Positions 34,966-36,501 of a stretch of DNA of 36,501 bases are shown piece after piece. A model generated the notes under the pieces. It worked only from the letters and a program-made list of their open reading frames with translations, was not told the origin of the DNA and ran no database searches. A program made the position numbers and the translations under genes. Numbering within the stretch: position 1 is the first letter of the stretch; each line of letters opens with the position of its first letter. The DNA is from a virus (lineage: Duplodnaviria > Caudoviricetes): positions 1 to 36,501 of the IMG/VR virus record IMGVR_UViG_3300036446_000010. One strand, written 5' to 3'.

Positions 34966-35958
34966 ATGGCCACGTTTCAGACCGTCCGCGCCGACATTGA
35001 GTGCGATATCGACTCCAACCTCCCCGTCATGCTTTGGGGCGCTCCCGGCATTGGCAAGTCGGACATGATGCGGGAAATCGCGGCGGCCCGTGGCGTGCCG
35101 CTTATCGACTGGCGCGCCAACCTCCGCGAGCCGATTGACGTGCGCGGACTCCCCACAATCGACATTGCGGCCCGGCGGACGGTTTGGCTCCAACCGGAAG
35201 ATTTGCCGGACGCGGACCGCGACGGGCCGGAGGGAATCCTCTTCATTGACGAGATAGTCAACGCCGCGCCGTCGATGCAAGCGGCCCTTTACGGACTCGT
35301 CCTAGACCGTCGCATCGGAGATTACGTGCTTCCGGCCGGTTGGCGCATCGTGGCGGCCGGTAATCGCATGGCGGATCGTTCCTCCGCCTCTCGCATGCCG
35401 CTCGCACTCGCAAATCGCTTTTCGCACTATGTGCTGGAGCCGGACGCGGACGCGTGGCGCGCGTGGGCGGAGGGCGCCGGAGTCCATCCGCTTGTCGTGG
35501 CCTTCATGGGTTTCCGCCCGAACCTGTTGCATGTCATGCCCGGGCCGGACGCCATGGCGTTCCCCTCTCCCCGTTCGTGGGCGGCCGTGTCGCGGATCGC
35601 GGATTCGCCGGACGGCGCCTTGTATCGTCGCGCGGCCGCAAAGGTTGGAGAGGGCGCAGCGGCGGAGTTTCAGGCTTTCGCCAAAGCGTGGCGCAACCTG
35701 CCGTCGCTCGCCACAATCCTTCGCGAGCCGGAAACGGCGCCCGTTCCCTCCGATCCGGCTGCGGTCTATGCCGTCGCCTCCCTTCTCTCGCGCAAGGCGG
35801 ACCGGATCAATCTCCCGGCAATTGTTCGCTATGCGGAACGCCTCGGAGGCGATTACGAGCGCTTCGTTGTGACGGATGCGGCCCGTCGCGACAACGGACT
35901 CAAGGCAACCGGCGCCTATGTGGCGTGGGCGGCCCGCAATGCCGACTCCATGATCTGA
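34966..35958 (+). CDS. MoxR-like AAA+ ATPase
   Basis: Walker A GAPGIGKS, Walker B ILFIDE, AAGNR, ALANRF and FPSPRSW motifs. Confidence 0.92.
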   Translation: MATFQTVRADIECDIDSNLPVMLWGAPGIGKSDMMREIAAARGVPLIDWRANLREPIDVRGLPTIDIAARRTVWLQPEDLPDADRDGPEGILFIDEIVNAAPSMQAALYGLVLDRRIGDYVLPAGWRIVAAGNRMADRSSASRMPLALANRFSHYVLEPDADAWRAWAEGAGVHPLVVAFMGFRPNLLHVMPGPDAMAFPSPRSWAAVSRIADSPDGALYRRAAAKVGEGAAAEFQAFAKAWRNLPSLATILREPETAPVPSDPAAVYAVASLLSRKADRINLPAIVRYAERLGGDYERFVVTDAARRDNGLKATGAYVAWAARNADSMI

Positions 35959-35972
35959 GGGGAGCCGCGACC

Positions 35973-36501
35973 ATGGCAAACGCTAAAGCCCTGCAACGCC
36001 TTAATCGGGCCCGGACCGCTCTAATCATGGACGTGCGCCATGGGTTCTATGGTGCACTCGCCATGCAAATGCCGTTCGTTGAGCGGCCCTCAATCGAAAC
36101 GATGGCAACGGACGGGCGGAGCCTCTTCTACAATCCGGAATTTGTGCTTTCGCTTTCGGAGCCGGTTCTATGCGGAGTCCTTGCGCACGAGGTTGAGCAC
36201 CCCGCGCGCGGTCACCATGTGAGGCGTGGCACGCGCGATCCGCGCGAGTGGAACGTTGCATGCGACTTGGCAATCAACCCGGACTTGCTAGCAGCCGGGT
36301 TCCGGCTCCCCGACGGCGCCTTGTACGACAAGGAATTTGTCGGCATGTCCGCCGAGTCCATCTATGCCGCGCGTGTCAAGCAACGGCAGAACGGACAGCA
36401 GCAGCAGCCCGGACAGCAGCAGCCCGGCAACGGGCCGCAGCAGCCCTCCGGAGGCGGACAGCAGCCGGGCGGCCCTCAGCAGCAGCAGCCCGGCGGACAG
36501 C
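35973..36501 (+). CDS. DUF2201-like putative metallopeptidase (VWA-associated), truncated by window edge
   Basis: Hand translation MANAKALQRL..TMATDG..YNPEF..VLAHEVEH..H..RR..WNVACDLAIN.., followed by a Q/G/P-rich linker. Absent from the ORF track because there is no stop in the window. Confidence 0.88.
   Translation, partial: MANAKALQRLNRARTALIMDVRHGFYGALAMQMPFVERPSIETMATDGRSLFYNPEFVLSLSEPVLCGVLAHEVEHPARGHHVRRGTRDPREWNVACDLAINPDLLAAGFRLPDGALYDKEFVGMSAESIYAARVKQRQNGQQQQPGQQQPGNGPQQPSGGGQQPGGPQQQQPGGQ

Larger units (their letters stand above)
1675..36501. mobile_element. HK97-like siphovirus prophage (continues beyond right edge; left boundary approximate)
   Basis: A contiguous packaging-head-neck-tail-lysis gene set directly adjoins the host tRNA locus. 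Confidence 0.93.

Noticed and set aside
36380-36501. CAG-rich repeats as a separate repeat element
   Set aside because: They encode the Q/G/P low-complexity linker typical after the DUF2201-like peptidase domain.

Overview
GC-rich alphaproteobacterial (Hyphomicrobiales-like) chromosome segment. Bases 1-1674 are host DNA: the 3' part of a repeat-rich gene, then tRNA-Arg(TCT), an ETC complex I subunit (NDUFS4-like) gene and tRNA-Pro(TGG). From about 1675 to the window end lies an apparently intact HK97-type siphovirus prophage that abuts the 5' side of tRNA-Pro. It carries small accessory genes with a perfect CtrA box and a minus-strand late operon: HNH, an unusual fibre-like gene block, terminase, portal, protease, capsid, neck, tail with a predicted -1 frameshift, tape measure, tail tip, fibre, GH19 endolysin, spanins and holin-like genes. 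Next come a probable cos region near 32.4 kb and a divergent plus-strand early operon. This early operon is the most interesting part. It has a strong sigma70 promoter and a family of boxB-like GCCCG-GCATGNN-CGGGC hairpins, in the leader and 7-9 nt before three ribosome-binding sites. It also has an unannotated 40-aa arginine-rich peptide resembling lambda N / HK022 Nun RNA-binding motifs, strong GANTC (CcrM site) enrichment with CTG/CCWGG avoidance, and a DUF3150-like / MoxR-like AAA+ / HExxH metallopeptidase gene trio. No integrase or repressor is in the window. All family assignments and counts were made by eye, not by database search.
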